NCBI GenBank assembly: GCA_016845065.1
Contig: JAERTG010000100.1
Location: forward strand, 107,360-171,359
DNA length: 64,000 nucleotides
Direction: 5' to 3'
DNA from: Fidelibacterota bacterium
GTDB lineage: Bacteria; Fidelibacterota; UBA8477; JABMPR01
The position numbers and the translations under genes were made by a program. The notes under the pieces are model-generated. The model was not told the origin of the DNA and did no database searches. It saw only the letters and a list, made by a program, of their open reading frames with translations. Positions 28,441 through 39,016 of this stretch are shown piece after piece (position 1 is the stretch's first letter; each line of letters starts with the position of its first letter).

Positions 28441-29802
28441 TTAGACTATCCCCAAACTGCTTAGCAGCACCAAAGTGATGAGAACTGGTGCTACATATCG
28501 CAGAAATACAAACCATACACCTTCGAACCATGGATATGATTCAAACAATTGCTCTGCACCCTCTTTTACTGCTGTCATGACAGAAAGTCGGGTCCACACC
28601 CAACCAACGAAAATCGCAATCATCAATCCACCGAAGGGTAATAAGACATTTGATGCTATGAAATCGACAATATCGAAAAATGTTTTCCCAAACAGGGTAA
28701 CATCTGACATGATGTTAAATGACAGTGCAGAGGGAATTCCCAGTAGATAAATCGATCCACCAAAAGCCAATACCGCCCCCTTGCGATTCCAGCCCTTTTC
28801 ATCAACAAAATAAGCCACAACCACTTCAAGAAGTGAGATAGCCGATGTTAGCGCTGCAATAGCCAGGAGGAGGAAAAATAGAAATGAAAAGTAGACCCCA
28901 CCAGTCATACCGGCAAAAACTGCAGGTAGCGTTTGAAAAATTAGTCCTGGACCAGCTGCAGGATCAAGCCCTGATGCGAATACTGCCGTGAATATGGCTA
29001 CACCAGCCATAATGGCAATGAGGGTGTCTAGAAAAACAATCTGGGCTGAGGCGGTGATGACACTGTCCTTCTTAGACATATAACTACCATATGTCATCAT
29101 TGCACCCATGCCTAGGCTCAGGGTAAAGAAAGCATGGCCCAATGCTATCAAAATGGATTGACCATTTATTTTTGCCCAGTCTGGAACCAGTAAAAAAGCC
29201 AGTCCATCGTCTGCACCCGGTAGTGTCGTCCCACGTATCATAAGGATGACCAGAATCGATAGCAGAATCGGCATCATAATTTTGCTGGATCTCTCGATAC
29301 CACCTTGGACGCCCCTGACTACGATAAACATCGTCATAGCAAAGAATAGAGTATGATATCCTAAAGTCCATGTTGCATTACCGGATAATGTTCCAAACAG
29401 CACACCAGCTTCCTCTGGGGAGTGAAAATTGGTTAATGAACCTCTCAGGGTTTCAATTACATATCCAATTGTCCACCCACCAATGACACTATAGAAGGAA
29501 AGAATCATAAATCCGGCCAGCACACCTAGAAAACCAACTGACAACCACATCCTGGATGGAGTAAGTGCTGAAAAAGCACCAACAGGATTTCTTTGGGTCG
29601 TTCTTCCAATGAGAACTTCAGCGATTAGTACTGGAAAACCGATAATACCTATACAGATCAGGTAGACAAAGATGAAGGCTGCACCACCATTTTCACCTGC
29701 GATATATGGGAATTTCCAGATATTTCCCAGACCAACCGCAGAACCTGCAGCAGCCAGTATGAAACCAAATTTCGATCCCCACGATTCTCTATTCTGTGTC
29801 AT
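28441..29802 (-). CDS. Neurotransmitter:sodium symporter (NSS/SNF) family transporter
   Basis: NSS N-terminal signature WGSKFGFILAAAGSAVGLGNIWKFPY and a polytopic membrane protein of 453 aa. Confidence 0.85.
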   Translation of the reverse strand: MTQNRESWGSKFGFILAAAGSAVGLGNIWKFPYIAGENGGAAFIFVYLICIGIIGFPVLIAEVLIGRTTQRNPVGAFSALTPSRMWLSVGFLGVLAGFMILSFYSVIGGWTIGYVIETLRGSLTNFHSPEEAGVLFGTLSGNATWTLGYHTLFFAMTMFIVVRGVQGGIERSSKIMMPILLSILVILMIRGTTLPGADDGLAFLLVPDWAKINGQSILIALGHAFFTLSLGMGAMMTYGSYMSKKDSVITASAQIVFLDTLIAIMAGVAIFTAVFASGLDPAAGPGLIFQTLPAVFAGMTGGVYFSFLFFLLLAIAALTSAISLLEVVVAYFVDEKGWNRKGAVLAFGGSIYLLGIPSALSFNIMSDVTLFGKTFFDIVDFIASNVLLPFGGLMIAIFVGWVWTRLSVMTAVKEGAEQLFESYPWFEGVWFVFLRYVAPVLITLVLLSSLGIV

Positions 29803-30238
29803 CTATTGGTCCTACCTCTTTCGGTTTTATCATGTTATCGTCTGTAATTACTTCTTCATCTTCAATTTCATACTTACCAAAATCCCAAAGTTGGGCATCG
29901 ACATAGGCATCGAGAATGTTCAGAGTCCATATCAGAGACATCATCCAAACCTTGTCATTCCTGGTCCTATGGAGGGATTCACTGGTAATATCAGCCTGGT
30001 ATTCCTCCTGAGCAACTGAATATCCATAGCCATAGTAGGCAAAAGCGCTTGCAAACAAAATCGCTTTCAATGGACGCCTATTATAAAGTTGTCCCCCTCC
30101 TGGAATAACCGAAAACAGAAGAGCTTTTGAAGGATTCTTGACATTAGATGAGTCCACAGCATTCTCAACCGGAGTTTGACCACTCAAAACGCCGAATGTG
30201 AGTATAATCAGGAAAAGATGTTTCAAGGAACGATTCAT
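29789..30238 (-). CDS. Secreted hypothetical protein, possibly DUF5683-like
   Basis: Signal peptide and a PGGGQLYN motif followed by a hydrophobic segment. Stop overlaps the NSS transporter start by 14 nt. Confidence 0.5.
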   Translation of the reverse strand: MNRSLKHLFLIILTFGVLSGQTPVENAVDSSNVKNPSKALLFSVIPGGGQLYNRRPLKAILFASAFAYYGYGYSVAQEEYQADITSESLHRTRNDKVWMMSLIWTLNILDAYVDAQLWDFGKYEIEDEEVITDDNMIKPKEVGPIDDTE

Positions 30239-30243
30239 TATCT

Positions 30244-30624
30244 CTATTTATGTGCAACCATCTCGATTTCAACATCAGTTCCTAGTGGTAGCCCTGCGAC
30301 CTGAACAGCAGCTCGGGCAGGGGCGTCATCCCCTGGAAAGAATTCACCATAAATGTGGTTCAACTCGGCATATTGACCTAAATCGGTAACATAAATATTA
30401 GTCTTAACAACTCTTGAAAAATCACTATCTGCAGCTTCCAAAATGGCTTTCAAGTTATTCATCACCTGATACACCCTATCAGCAAAGGATGTTTCTACCA
30501 ATTTGCCAGTTGCTGGATCCAAAGGAATCTGACCTGCAGTATAAATCAATCCATTAATCTCCACGGCCTGGTTATAGGGTCCAATTGCCGCAGGTGCAGC
30601 GTCTGTACGAATAATATTCTTCAT
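30244..30624 (-). CDS. ridA: RidA/YjgF family reactive-intermediate deaminase
   Basis: APAAIGPYNQAV...YTAGQIPLDP motif, 126 aa. Confidence 0.85.
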   Translation of the reverse strand: MKNIIRTDAAPAAIGPYNQAVEINGLIYTAGQIPLDPATGKLVETSFADRVYQVMNNLKAILEAADSDFSRVVKTNIYVTDLGQYAELNHIYGEFFPGDDAPARAAVQVAGLPLGTDVEIEMVAHK

Positions 30625-30782
30625 GATAACATCCTATTATATAATTGTTACTCAGTTAGTTACAAGATTACCATCAAGCATTTTTTGTGACACAGAAAGC
30701 CTGTGATATAAGTAAGCATCTGCTTTAGTCAATGTCAACTTTCCCTTTTAGAAAGGAAAAAGGAATTAATAGAGCGAAAATT

Positions 30783-32030
30783 CTACTGATATAGTGAAAT
30801 CATTTCATCAAAGGACTGGCGATCGCGGATCAATTGAGTCTCCCCTGATATTCCTACAAGAATTTCTGGTGAAAGGGGTCGCAAATTATAGGTGGATCCC
30901 ATAGAGCTGGCGTAAGCACCTGCTGATCCGATAATCATTAGTTCATCCTTAGCAAACTCAGGTATTTCTCTGTTTCTGGCTAATGCATCAGAGCTTTCGC
31001 AGACTGGACCAACCACATCTGCCACATGAGTGGGACGGTCATTCTGGTATGAGTATACGGAATGATAGGCATCATACAAGGCAGGTCGAATCAAATCTGT
31101 GGTGGCACCATCAACGATGACAAAATGATGATCACCATTCTCCTTGTTGCCTAAAACACGGGTGAGTAGGATTCCGGCATTCGCAACCAGAACTCGACCA
31201 GGTTGGATGTGAAGCTGGTAATCCCGTAGTTTCTCCTTCGCCCGTTCTGCAATTGATTCGAGAAAGGGTGTCGTCTCAAGAATATCTTCAAATGGATCAT
31301 TGTAATTGACACCAAAACCACCACCAAGATCGATATGCTTGAATTCCACACCTTCTGAGCGCAGAGTGGATGTAAATTCCTCCAAATAGTCAATGAGATC
31401 GTAAAATGGTTGTGGTTGAACAATCTGGGAGCCTATATGACAATGTATACCGTCAAACCGAATATGTGGATACATTTCTGTATGTGTAAGAAAATGCCTA
31501 ACTTTTTCTGGACTCATTCCGAATTTATTCTGTTTTAGACCAGTTGAGATGTGTGGATGTGTCTGAGGATCGATATCCGGATTCAATCTGAGCAGAACCG
31601 ATGCTTTTTTGCCTGCATTTTTAGCTCGTTCTTCCAGCTGCTCTAACTCAAAACGGCTTTCAACATTGAAATGATCAATTTTGAATTCCAAAGCTAGATC
31701 CAATTCCTTTATGCTCTTCCCCACGCCAGCGAAATTGATCTCTGGGCCTTTAAAACCACAGTGCTCGGCCATTCTCAGCTCACCTTCAGAGACAATATCG
31801 ACTCCCAAACCCTTATTTTTAAAAAGATTCAGAATCGTTGGGTTGGCATTGGCCTTCATGGCGTAAGAAACCTTAAATCCGCGTTCAACGAATACATTCT
31901 TTAAAACATCGGCGTTGCGTCTGAGGATTTGTTCTGAGTATATATAGGCAGGTGTCCCATATTTACCTGCAACATCATGCAAATCAACCCCATCACAATG
32001 GAGACGCTTATCTATATAGGTGAAGGCCAT
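30783..32030 (-). CDS. lysA: Diaminopimelate decarboxylase (PLP-dependent, fold III)
   Basis: YAMKANANPTIL PLP-lysine block and a C-terminal CESSD motif. 415 aa. Confidence 0.8.
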   Translation of the reverse strand: MAFTYIDKRLHCDGVDLHDVAGKYGTPAYIYSEQILRRNADVLKNVFVERGFKVSYAMKANANPTILNLFKNKGLGVDIVSEGELRMAEHCGFKGPEINFAGVGKSIKELDLALEFKIDHFNVESRFELEQLEERAKNAGKKASVLLRLNPDIDPQTHPHISTGLKQNKFGMSPEKVRHFLTHTEMYPHIRFDGIHCHIGSQIVQPQPFYDLIDYLEEFTSTLRSEGVEFKHIDLGGGFGVNYNDPFEDILETTPFLESIAERAKEKLRDYQLHIQPGRVLVANAGILLTRVLGNKENGDHHFVIVDGATTDLIRPALYDAYHSVYSYQNDRPTHVADVVGPVCESSDALARNREIPEFAKDELMIIGSAGAYASSMGSTYNLRPLSPEILVGISGETQLIRDRQSFDEMISLYQ

Positions 32031-32031
32031 T

Positions 32032-33468
32032 CTACCAGTGGACGTTCAGATTGCGGTTGGCATAGGTTTCATCAACCTTTCCAACTGGTGTAGAATGTGG
32101 TGCAGAATGTACTAATTCAGGATTTGATTCCACTTCCTCAGCAATTTGCTTCATGACTGAGATAAAGCGATCCATGGTTTCCTTATTCTCACTTTCAGTC
32201 GGCTCAATCATAAGGGCCTCTTTCACAATGAGCGGGAAATACATGGTTGGTGAGTGAAATCCAAAGTCCAATAGACGTTTCGCAATGTGCAGCGCGTTGG
32301 TGCCCTGTTCTTTTTGCTTCTGAGCGGAAAGAACAAATTCATGCATACAGGTTCTATCGTAGGCCAATTCAAATACATCCCTGAGTTTATGCATCATGTA
32401 ATTGGCATTAGAAATGGCTATTTCAGAAATGTTTCGGAGACCATCTGGACCCAGCATCCTGATATAGGTCCAGGCGCGGAGAAGGATCCCAAAGTTTCCA
32501 TAAAATCCATGTACACGCCCAATGCTATGCTCATAGCCATATTCTAGATGATATTTTTCATTCTTCAATTCTACACGTGGCCTGGGAAGAAATTCTGCAA
32601 GCTTGTCGGTCACACCAATGGGACCGGCTCCAGGTCCACCACCACCATGAGGTGTTGAGAACGTTTTGTGCAGATTTAAATGCGTAATGTCAAATCCCAG
32701 ATCCGCAGGTCGAGCGATACCCAGCAGAGCATTCATATTTGCGCCGTCCATGTACATGATTCCATCGACACCATGAATCAAGTCAGAAATTTTACAAATA
32801 TTTTCTTCAAAAAGACCCAAGGTGTTGGGATTAGTCAGCATAAAACCAGCAACACGATCATTGATTTTGGATTCAAAATCGTCTAGGTCAACCAGACCCT
32901 TGGAATTACTCTTTACTTCAATCACCTTGTAGCCTGCCATGGCTACAGAAGCAGGATTGGTCCCGTGAGCTGCGTCTGGAATAAGGATGACATCTTTATC
33001 ATTCTCCTTGAGCTCATGATACTTACGCATGAGCAGGACACCGACTAATTCACCCTGAGAACCTGCAGCAGGTTGAAGCGTAAAAGCCTTCATACCCGTT
33101 ATGGCACACAATTGTTGTTCCAATTCATGGTATACGCCGAGTAAGCCCTGACTCAAAGCCTCAGGTTGATAAGGATGGACCTCAGCCAGAATGGAGGCTG
33201 TCCAATCATTGATCTTGGGATTATACTTCATAGTACACGACCCTAAGGGATAGAGATCTTTGTCAACATGATGATTCTGGGTTGAAATGCCGATATAATG
33301 TCGAACCAGTTCAGGTTCAGATATTTCTGGAAGACGAGGCGATTCAGTTCGAAGATATTTTTCTGGAATCAGCTCTGTCAAAGGTTTTTCTGGTACATCC
33401 AAGGCAGGTATCGAAGTTGCCACATGTCCTGACGTAGATTTCTCGATGATTAATTGAGCTTCTTTCAT
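32032..33468 (-). CDS. gcvPB: Glycine dehydrogenase (aminomethyl-transferring) subunit 2
   Basis: Typical GcvPB N-terminus (LIFEKS...GR, split P-protein C-terminal half) with a PLP-lysine region. 478 aa. No gcvPA, gcvT or gcvH in the window. Confidence 0.85.
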   Translation of the reverse strand: MKEAQLIIEKSTSGHVATSIPALDVPEKPLTELIPEKYLRTESPRLPEISEPELVRHYIGISTQNHHVDKDLYPLGSCTMKYNPKINDWTASILAEVHPYQPEALSQGLLGVYHELEQQLCAITGMKAFTLQPAAGSQGELVGVLLMRKYHELKENDKDVILIPDAAHGTNPASVAMAGYKVIEVKSNSKGLVDLDDFESKINDRVAGFMLTNPNTLGLFEENICKISDLIHGVDGIMYMDGANMNALLGIARPADLGFDITHLNLHKTFSTPHGGGGPGAGPIGVTDKLAEFLPRPRVELKNEKYHLEYGYEHSIGRVHGFYGNFGILLRAWTYIRMLGPDGLRNISEIAISNANYMMHKLRDVFELAYDRTCMHEFVLSAQKQKEQGTNALHIAKRLLDFGFHSPTMYFPLIVKEALMIEPTESENKETMDRFISVMKQIAEEVESNPELVHSAPHSTPVGKVDETYANRNLNVHW

Positions 33469-36080
33469 CCCAGGCGATCTCCTATTAAATCAAAAACTCC
33501 TGCTATCACTTTCTCGAGAGCTGCAGCATCTTTACCGCCTGCTGTAGCCATTTGCGGTTTTCCACCACCGCCACCACCTAATTTCTGGCCAATTTCACGC
33601 ACAATATCACCAGCCTTCAATTTATGTTGAGCAATTACATCGTCTGAAACAACACAAACTATATATGGGGCTCCATCGATGACTGTACCCAAGACTCCCA
33701 GGCCACTTTTCATTTGACGAATGAGCTCTGAGCCAAGATCCTTAAGTGCCTCTGTGTCAGATACTTCCACTAGTTCACTTAACACATTAACACCTTTGAC
33801 AGACTGTGAGTTTGCTAAGATGTCGGTTAGTACTGAGGCAGCTTGATCAAAAGACAGTGCTTTAACCTGTTTTTCCAGGGCTTTTTTCTCATCCATTAAA
33901 TGTTGAGTCTTTTCGCTCAGATCATCAACATCTGAAGTAAGTAAATGACGAAGCTGATTGATAGTAGACCTTTCAACACGGGCATTTTCTTCAGCGATTT
34001 TTCCCGTTACTGCTTCAATTCGGCGAACCCCAGCAGCAATTGCTGCTTCTGATTCAATACGGAAGAACCCAATATCCCCAGTAGCCTGGACATGGACTCC
34101 TCCACACAATTCGTGGCTGTATTCGCCAAACTTTACTGTCCGAACCTCATCACCATATTTCTCTCCAAAGAATGCCAGAGCGCCTTCAGTCCTAGCCTCG
34201 TCAAAGCTCATGTTTCGAATACTAGCAGAGTTATTGCTTCTAATTTCAGCATTCACAAGACGTTCTACTTCGTTAATCTCCTCAACAGTCATTTTATCAA
34301 AGTGGTTAAAATCAAAGCGTAGGTGATTGTCATCAACAAGCGAACCTGCCTGTTTTACATGGTCACCCAGGATTTTTCTCAGGGCAGCATTTAATAAATG
34401 AGTTGCTGAGTGATTTCTAATGATATCTTCACGTCGCGATGTGTCAATCACAGCAATCACGGGATCAGTGTTGAATTCGCCCGAGACCAGTTTTGTCTCA
34501 TGGACGATGAAATCACCCTCATGCTGTGTATCTATTACCTCAAGATCCATGTTGGCATTATAAATCCTACCAGTGTCCCCTACCTGACCTCCACTTTCAG
34601 CATAAAAAGGTGTTTGAGACAAGACGATATACAATCCATTATCTGACTTCATCACCTGAGAAATTGAGGTATCTAATTTTTGATGTGTATATCCCAGGAA
34701 CTCTGAATGCTCACCACGACTTACAATTTCCCATTCACTCCCCTGGGTATGGGTTTGTTTCAGTTGTGAAGCCTCACGTGCCTTTTCCCGTTGAGAGTTC
34801 ATCAAATTCTCGAATCCTTCTATATCAACACTGAAGCCCTTTTCATCAGCCATAAGACTTGTAAGGTCCACAGGGAAACCAAATGTATCGTAGAGTTTAA
34901 AGACGTTTTCACCGGTAAGTAAAGTCTGTCCAGCTGATTTTGCATCCTTGACCATACCGTCGAAAATCTGTAATCCTCGTCCCAATGTCTGGCTGAAAGA
35001 ATCTTCCTCAGATTTTATGACTTTCTGGATATATGCAACCCGTTCATTGAGTTCAGGATACGCTTCACCCATTATTGCCACAACAAAGGGTACTAGTTTA
35101 TAGAGAAAGGCATCATTCATGCCCAAATTACGGCCATAACGGGCTGCTCTGCGCAATATGCGGCGCAAGACATACCCACGACCATCATTGGAGGGTATAG
35201 CACCGTCAGAGATGGAGAAGGTCAACATGCGGGCATGATCGGCAATGACTCTGTGGGCCTTACCCTTATCATCAGATGAGTAAGGTACCCCTGCAAGACT
35301 GGTAATTTCATCAAGAATAGGAGTAAATAGGTCGGTGTCGTAGTTGCTGTCTTTCCCCTGGAGATAGGCAACCACACGCTCAAACCCTGCGCCAGTATCA
35401 ACATGTTTATTCGGCAATTCTGATAATTCACCACTTTGGTTGCGGAAGTATTGAATAAAAACCAGATTCCACAACTCCATGAACCGTGGATTGTCCGTAT
35501 TGACTCCTAACTCAGGATGAGACCCATGAATTGCAGGATCTCCACCGATGTCAACGTGAATCTCCGAACAGGGACCGCATGGACCAGTTTCTCCCATTTC
35601 CCAGAAGTTGTCCTTGTCTCCGAAGCGTAGAATATGATCTCGTGGAATATCTGTCAAGGTTTCCCAGAGTTCGAAAGCTTCATCATCATCTTTATAAACA
35701 GTTGCATAGAGCTTGTCTTTTGGAATTTTCCATACTTCAGTAAACAACTCCCAGGCCCATTGAATTGCTTCTGTCTTGTAATAGTCGCCAAAACTCCAGT
35801 TTCCCAACATTTCAAAAAACGTGTGGTGATAAGTATCGAGACCCACTTCTTCAAGATCATTGTGTTTTCCACTAACACGGATGCATTTTTGTGAGTTTAC
35901 AGCTCGAGAATGATCTGCAGTTTCTGTTTCAAGAAAGATGCCCTTGAATTGATTCATTCCTGCATTGGTGAATAACAAGGTAGGATCATCGAAGGGAACC
36001 ACACCTGCACTACGAACATATTTATGATTTTTATCCTGAAAGAACTGAATAAACTGATTACGAATTTCTTGTGATGTCAT
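33465..36080 (-). CDS. alaS: Alanine--tRNA ligase
   Basis: Class II aaRS motifs (FTNAGMNQFK), editing-domain HxxxH/CxxxH region and a C-terminal DHHA1-like GGGGG motif. 871 aa. Confidence 0.95.
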   Translation of the reverse strand: MTSQEIRNQFIQFFQDKNHKYVRSAGVVPFDDPTLLFTNAGMNQFKGIFLETETADHSRAVNSQKCIRVSGKHNDLEEVGLDTYHHTFFEMLGNWSFGDYYKTEAIQWAWELFTEVWKIPKDKLYATVYKDDDEAFELWETLTDIPRDHILRFGDKDNFWEMGETGPCGPCSEIHVDIGGDPAIHGSHPELGVNTDNPRFMELWNLVFIQYFRNQSGELSELPNKHVDTGAGFERVVAYLQGKDSNYDTDLFTPILDEITSLAGVPYSSDDKGKAHRVIADHARMLTFSISDGAIPSNDGRGYVLRRILRRAARYGRNLGMNDAFLYKLVPFVVAIMGEAYPELNERVAYIQKVIKSEEDSFSQTLGRGLQIFDGMVKDAKSAGQTLLTGENVFKLYDTFGFPVDLTSLMADEKGFSVDIEGFENLMNSQREKAREASQLKQTHTQGSEWEIVSRGEHSEFLGYTHQKLDTSISQVMKSDNGLYIVLSQTPFYAESGGQVGDTGRIYNANMDLEVIDTQHEGDFIVHETKLVSGEFNTDPVIAVIDTSRREDIIRNHSATHLLNAALRKILGDHVKQAGSLVDDNHLRFDFNHFDKMTVEEINEVERLVNAEIRSNNSASIRNMSFDEARTEGALAFFGEKYGDEVRTVKFGEYSHELCGGVHVQATGDIGFFRIESEAAIAAGVRRIEAVTGKIAEENARVERSTINQLRHLLTSDVDDLSEKTQHLMDEKKALEKQVKALSFDQAASVLTDILANSQSVKGVNVLSELVEVSDTEALKDLGSELIRQMKSGLGVLGTVIDGAPYIVCVVSDDVIAQHKLKAGDIVREIGQKLGGGGGGKPQMATAGGKDAAALEKVIAGVFDLIGDRLG

Positions 36081-36242
36081 TGTGCCTCAATGAGTTAGCA
36101 ATACTACTTAAATAGTGAATAGTTACCTAGCAAAGAACGCGTTATTATAGTTAGCAACACCCCAATATGGAAGTATGGAAATTGAATTATTTAGTATGAG
36201 CAAAAAATAATATTTACGTGATTCATTTGAGTTGGGAATGAT

Positions 36243-36273
36243 GAAAAAAAAGCACTGTTATTAACAGTGCTTT
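36243..36273 (-). terminator. Rho-independent terminator of lepB
   Basis: On the minus strand, AAGCACTGTTA-T-TAACAGTGCTT (11-bp palindromic arms) is followed at once by a run of 7-8 T. It starts 27 nt after the lepB stop. Confidence 0.6.
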
Positions 36274-36299
36274 AGTAATATCCGTTTTTGGATAAGGTA

Positions 36300-37196
36300 T
36301 TAGTCTATAAGTCTAAACATTCTGCCTGGACGTACCTTGAATATACGTTTTAAAAGATTTGGTTCGGTTTGCTCCCAGCTAAGGTAGGTTAAAATGGCCT
36401 CACCTATAATGTTGGATTCTGGGACCAGACCCCAATAACGGCTATCATGGGAATTATCGCGATTGTCACCCATCATAAAGTAGTGATTCTGCTCGCAAAT
36501 GTATGATTCCACATTCTTTCCATCAATCTTTAGTTGTCCGGAGATGCCAGGCGTAACCTCATGACCTTCAAGGGAAATCACATTCACAGCGTGATCAAGG
36601 TTCACTTCACTAAAGATCAGTGTATCTCCAGCTGCTGGTATCTTTAGAGGTCCGAAATAGTCGCGATTCCCTATTCCTCGAGGGAAAATCATACGCTCTG
36701 CATACTCATCGTCATATACATTCAATTTGGAAGCACGCCCGTGTTCTGGTAAATCAAACTGGACTCCATCAACATAAACGTCTTTTTCAATAATTTCCAG
36801 AGATTGACCGGGTCCAGCAATGCAACGCTTGATGTAATTCAAACTTGGATCGTGTGGGCCAATTTGTAAACCTGGCCATTTGTCATTTGGATATCTAAAG
36901 ATGACAACATCACCAGTCTCGGGCTGCTCAAATCCAGGAAGACGATAATAGGGTACTGAAAACCCGAAGTTTGTCCAGGGGATTCCAATCCAATCAGGTG
37001 TTCTGATCCCATAGACAAACTTATTGCCAAGGATAAAGTCGCCAATTTTGATCGTAGTCTCCATGGAGCCAGTTGGGACGTTATAGGCTTCGATGACTGT
37101 AGCCCTCAGGATCAGCACAGAAACGATAATATGCATCAGTCCCCTAAAGGCACTGCTATTCCTGGATCGCTTCGCTTGTTTTTCTTTTTCACTCAA
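36300..37196 (-). CDS. lepB: Signal peptidase I
   Basis: Catalytic Ser box (PTGSMETT) and Lys box (YIKRCIAGPGQ), plus a GDNRDNSHDSRYWG box. Confidence 0.85.
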   Translation of the reverse strand: MSEKEKQAKRSRNSSAFRGLMHIIVSVLILRATVIEAYNVPTGSMETTIKIGDFILGNKFVYGIRTPDWIGIPWTNFGFSVPYYRLPGFEQPETGDVVIFRYPNDKWPGLQIGPHDPSLNYIKRCIAGPGQSLEIIEKDVYVDGVQFDLPEHGRASKLNVYDDEYAERMIFPRGIGNRDYFGPLKIPAAGDTLIFSEVNLDHAVNVISLEGHEVTPGISGQLKIDGKNVESYICEQNHYFMMGDNRDNSHDSRYWGLVPESNIIGEAILTYLSWEQTEPNLLKRIFKVRPGRMFRLID

Positions 37197-37300
37197 ATTT
37201 CGATCTCCTGGTCTTCGCTACCTACCATGTTAATGCGGTGACCCTGTTTCAACGGTATAAATATTAAAATGTTCAGAATTTTTCTAATTACTTGAATGAT

Positions 37301-39007
37301 CTAATATGCAGCTCCATGGGAAGCAGTTTTTAGATCAGGAGCCCCAATCCAACCTCCAAATATTTTGTCACGCGAAATGGCATTCACTTCCCCATAACCA
37401 TAACGTGGTTTTAATTCATAGCCCATGGTTTCAAGCAATACCATGGTATCAGGACTTATTGCTCCTGGACCGTAGTGGATAACGTCTGGACGCCATTGAT
37501 GATGAAATCTTGGCACATTTACAGCATCCTGGACTGGCATTCCAAAATCAACCATATTATGAATGACCTGCAGGACTGTAGTGATAATTGTAGATCCCCC
37601 AGGTGCGCCTACAACCAGTACAACCTTGCCATCTCTGGCCAAAATGGTGGGAGTCATGCTAGAGAGCATACGCTTTTTGGGTTCAATTGCATTAGCTTCA
37701 TTTCCAATAAGTCCAAAAGAATTGGGCTCACCAGGTTTGGAGCTGAAGTCATCCATCTCATTGTTCAACAGGAAGCCAAATCCATCTACTGTCACATATG
37801 ATCCAAAGGACCAATTCAGTGTTGTGGTGACACTAACTGCATTTCCCCACTTGTCTACTACTGAAAAATGGGTGGTCTCCTCGCTTTCATGACCAGCGAG
37901 TTCTATACCAGCTAAGTCCTTGTCATTCAATGGATAAATAGAATCACTTGGTGTTATGGACAGGCTGTCGTAATCTACCATTCGTAGTTTGGCATAAGCT
38001 TTAGAAAGCAGCTCTGCTTGTGGAACTTCAAAAAAGTCAGAGTCACCCAGCCAAACACTTCTATCAGCATAGGCTCGCTTCTCTACTTCAGCCAGCATCT
38101 GAATATGTTGTGCAGAATGCCAACCCACTGAATCAAAAATCATTGGTTCCATCATATTGAGCATGGAAATAAGTGCGATACCTCCAGAACTAGGTGGCGG
38201 CATTGATATGACTTCCAGTCCACGGTAGGTACCCACAACTGGTTTCCGGATTTTTGCAGTATAGTTCTTCAGGTCCTGACTTGTGATTTTACCACCGTAT
38301 TTTGAACTACTCCTGACAAGGGCTTCTGCTACCTTTCCAGAATAGAAACCATCATTACCTTTTTTCTGGATCATTTTGAGTGTTTTCGCCAGGTCAGGCT
38401 GTTTGAAAATCTCTCCAGGCGTATATATTTCACCGTCTCTGCAAAAAATTCTTCTGGTTTCATCAAATCCTTCTGCAGCTTTGTTTAACCAACCGAAGGA
38501 GTAGGCCAAATCATATGGTATTGTAAACCCTTTCTTGGCTAGCCTGATGGCAGGTTTCATCACTTTTTTTCGAGTCATAGAACCAAATTCATCCAATGCG
38601 AGCTGCAGGCCAGCTACTGTTCCAGGAACACCAACTGCCAGGCCACCACGAACACTCAATTGGGAAACTACCCTCCCGCTGTCATCCAGAAACATATCTC
38701 TGTGCGCTTCCCCAGGAGCCATTTCGCGATAATCAATGGCAACTTTTTGTCCGTCCGCCATATGAATAAGCATAAATCCCCCACCACCAATATTTCCAGC
38801 TTGAGGATGAGTAACTGCCAGGGCATAACTCACTGCCACAGCTGCATCTACTGCGTTGCCACCCTTTTTTAGAATCTCAATACCAGCTTCACAAGCTTCA
38901 AGATCATGGGCGACGACCACTCCGTTCTCGCCATATATACTTGGTTGGGTGGCCATTGCAGTTGCGCAGAGAATGATTGTGACTAAAAGAGCAGATCTAA
39001 TTTTCAT
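37301..39007 (-). CDS. ggt: Gamma-glutamyltransferase
   Basis: Nucleophile region TTHFSVVDKWGNAVSVTTTLN and the GGT small-subunit motifs. 568 aa with signal peptide. Confidence 0.9.
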   Translation of the reverse strand: MKIRSALLVTIILCATAMATQPSIYGENGVVVAHDLEACEAGIEILKKGGNAVDAAVAVSYALAVTHPQAGNIGGGGFMLIHMADGQKVAIDYREMAPGEAHRDMFLDDSGRVVSQLSVRGGLAVGVPGTVAGLQLALDEFGSMTRKKVMKPAIRLAKKGFTIPYDLAYSFGWLNKAAEGFDETRRIFCRDGEIYTPGEIFKQPDLAKTLKMIQKKGNDGFYSGKVAEALVRSSSKYGGKITSQDLKNYTAKIRKPVVGTYRGLEVISMPPPSSGGIALISMLNMMEPMIFDSVGWHSAQHIQMLAEVEKRAYADRSVWLGDSDFFEVPQAELLSKAYAKLRMVDYDSLSITPSDSIYPLNDKDLAGIELAGHESEETTHFSVVDKWGNAVSVTTTLNWSFGSYVTVDGFGFLLNNEMDDFSSKPGEPNSFGLIGNEANAIEPKKRMLSSMTPTILARDGKVVLVVGAPGGSTIITTVLQVIHNMVDFGMPVQDAVNVPRFHHQWRPDVIHYGPGAISPDTMVLLETMGYELKPRYGYGEVNAISRDKIFGGWIGAPDLKTASHGAAY

Positions 39008-39016
39008 GAGTTTTCC

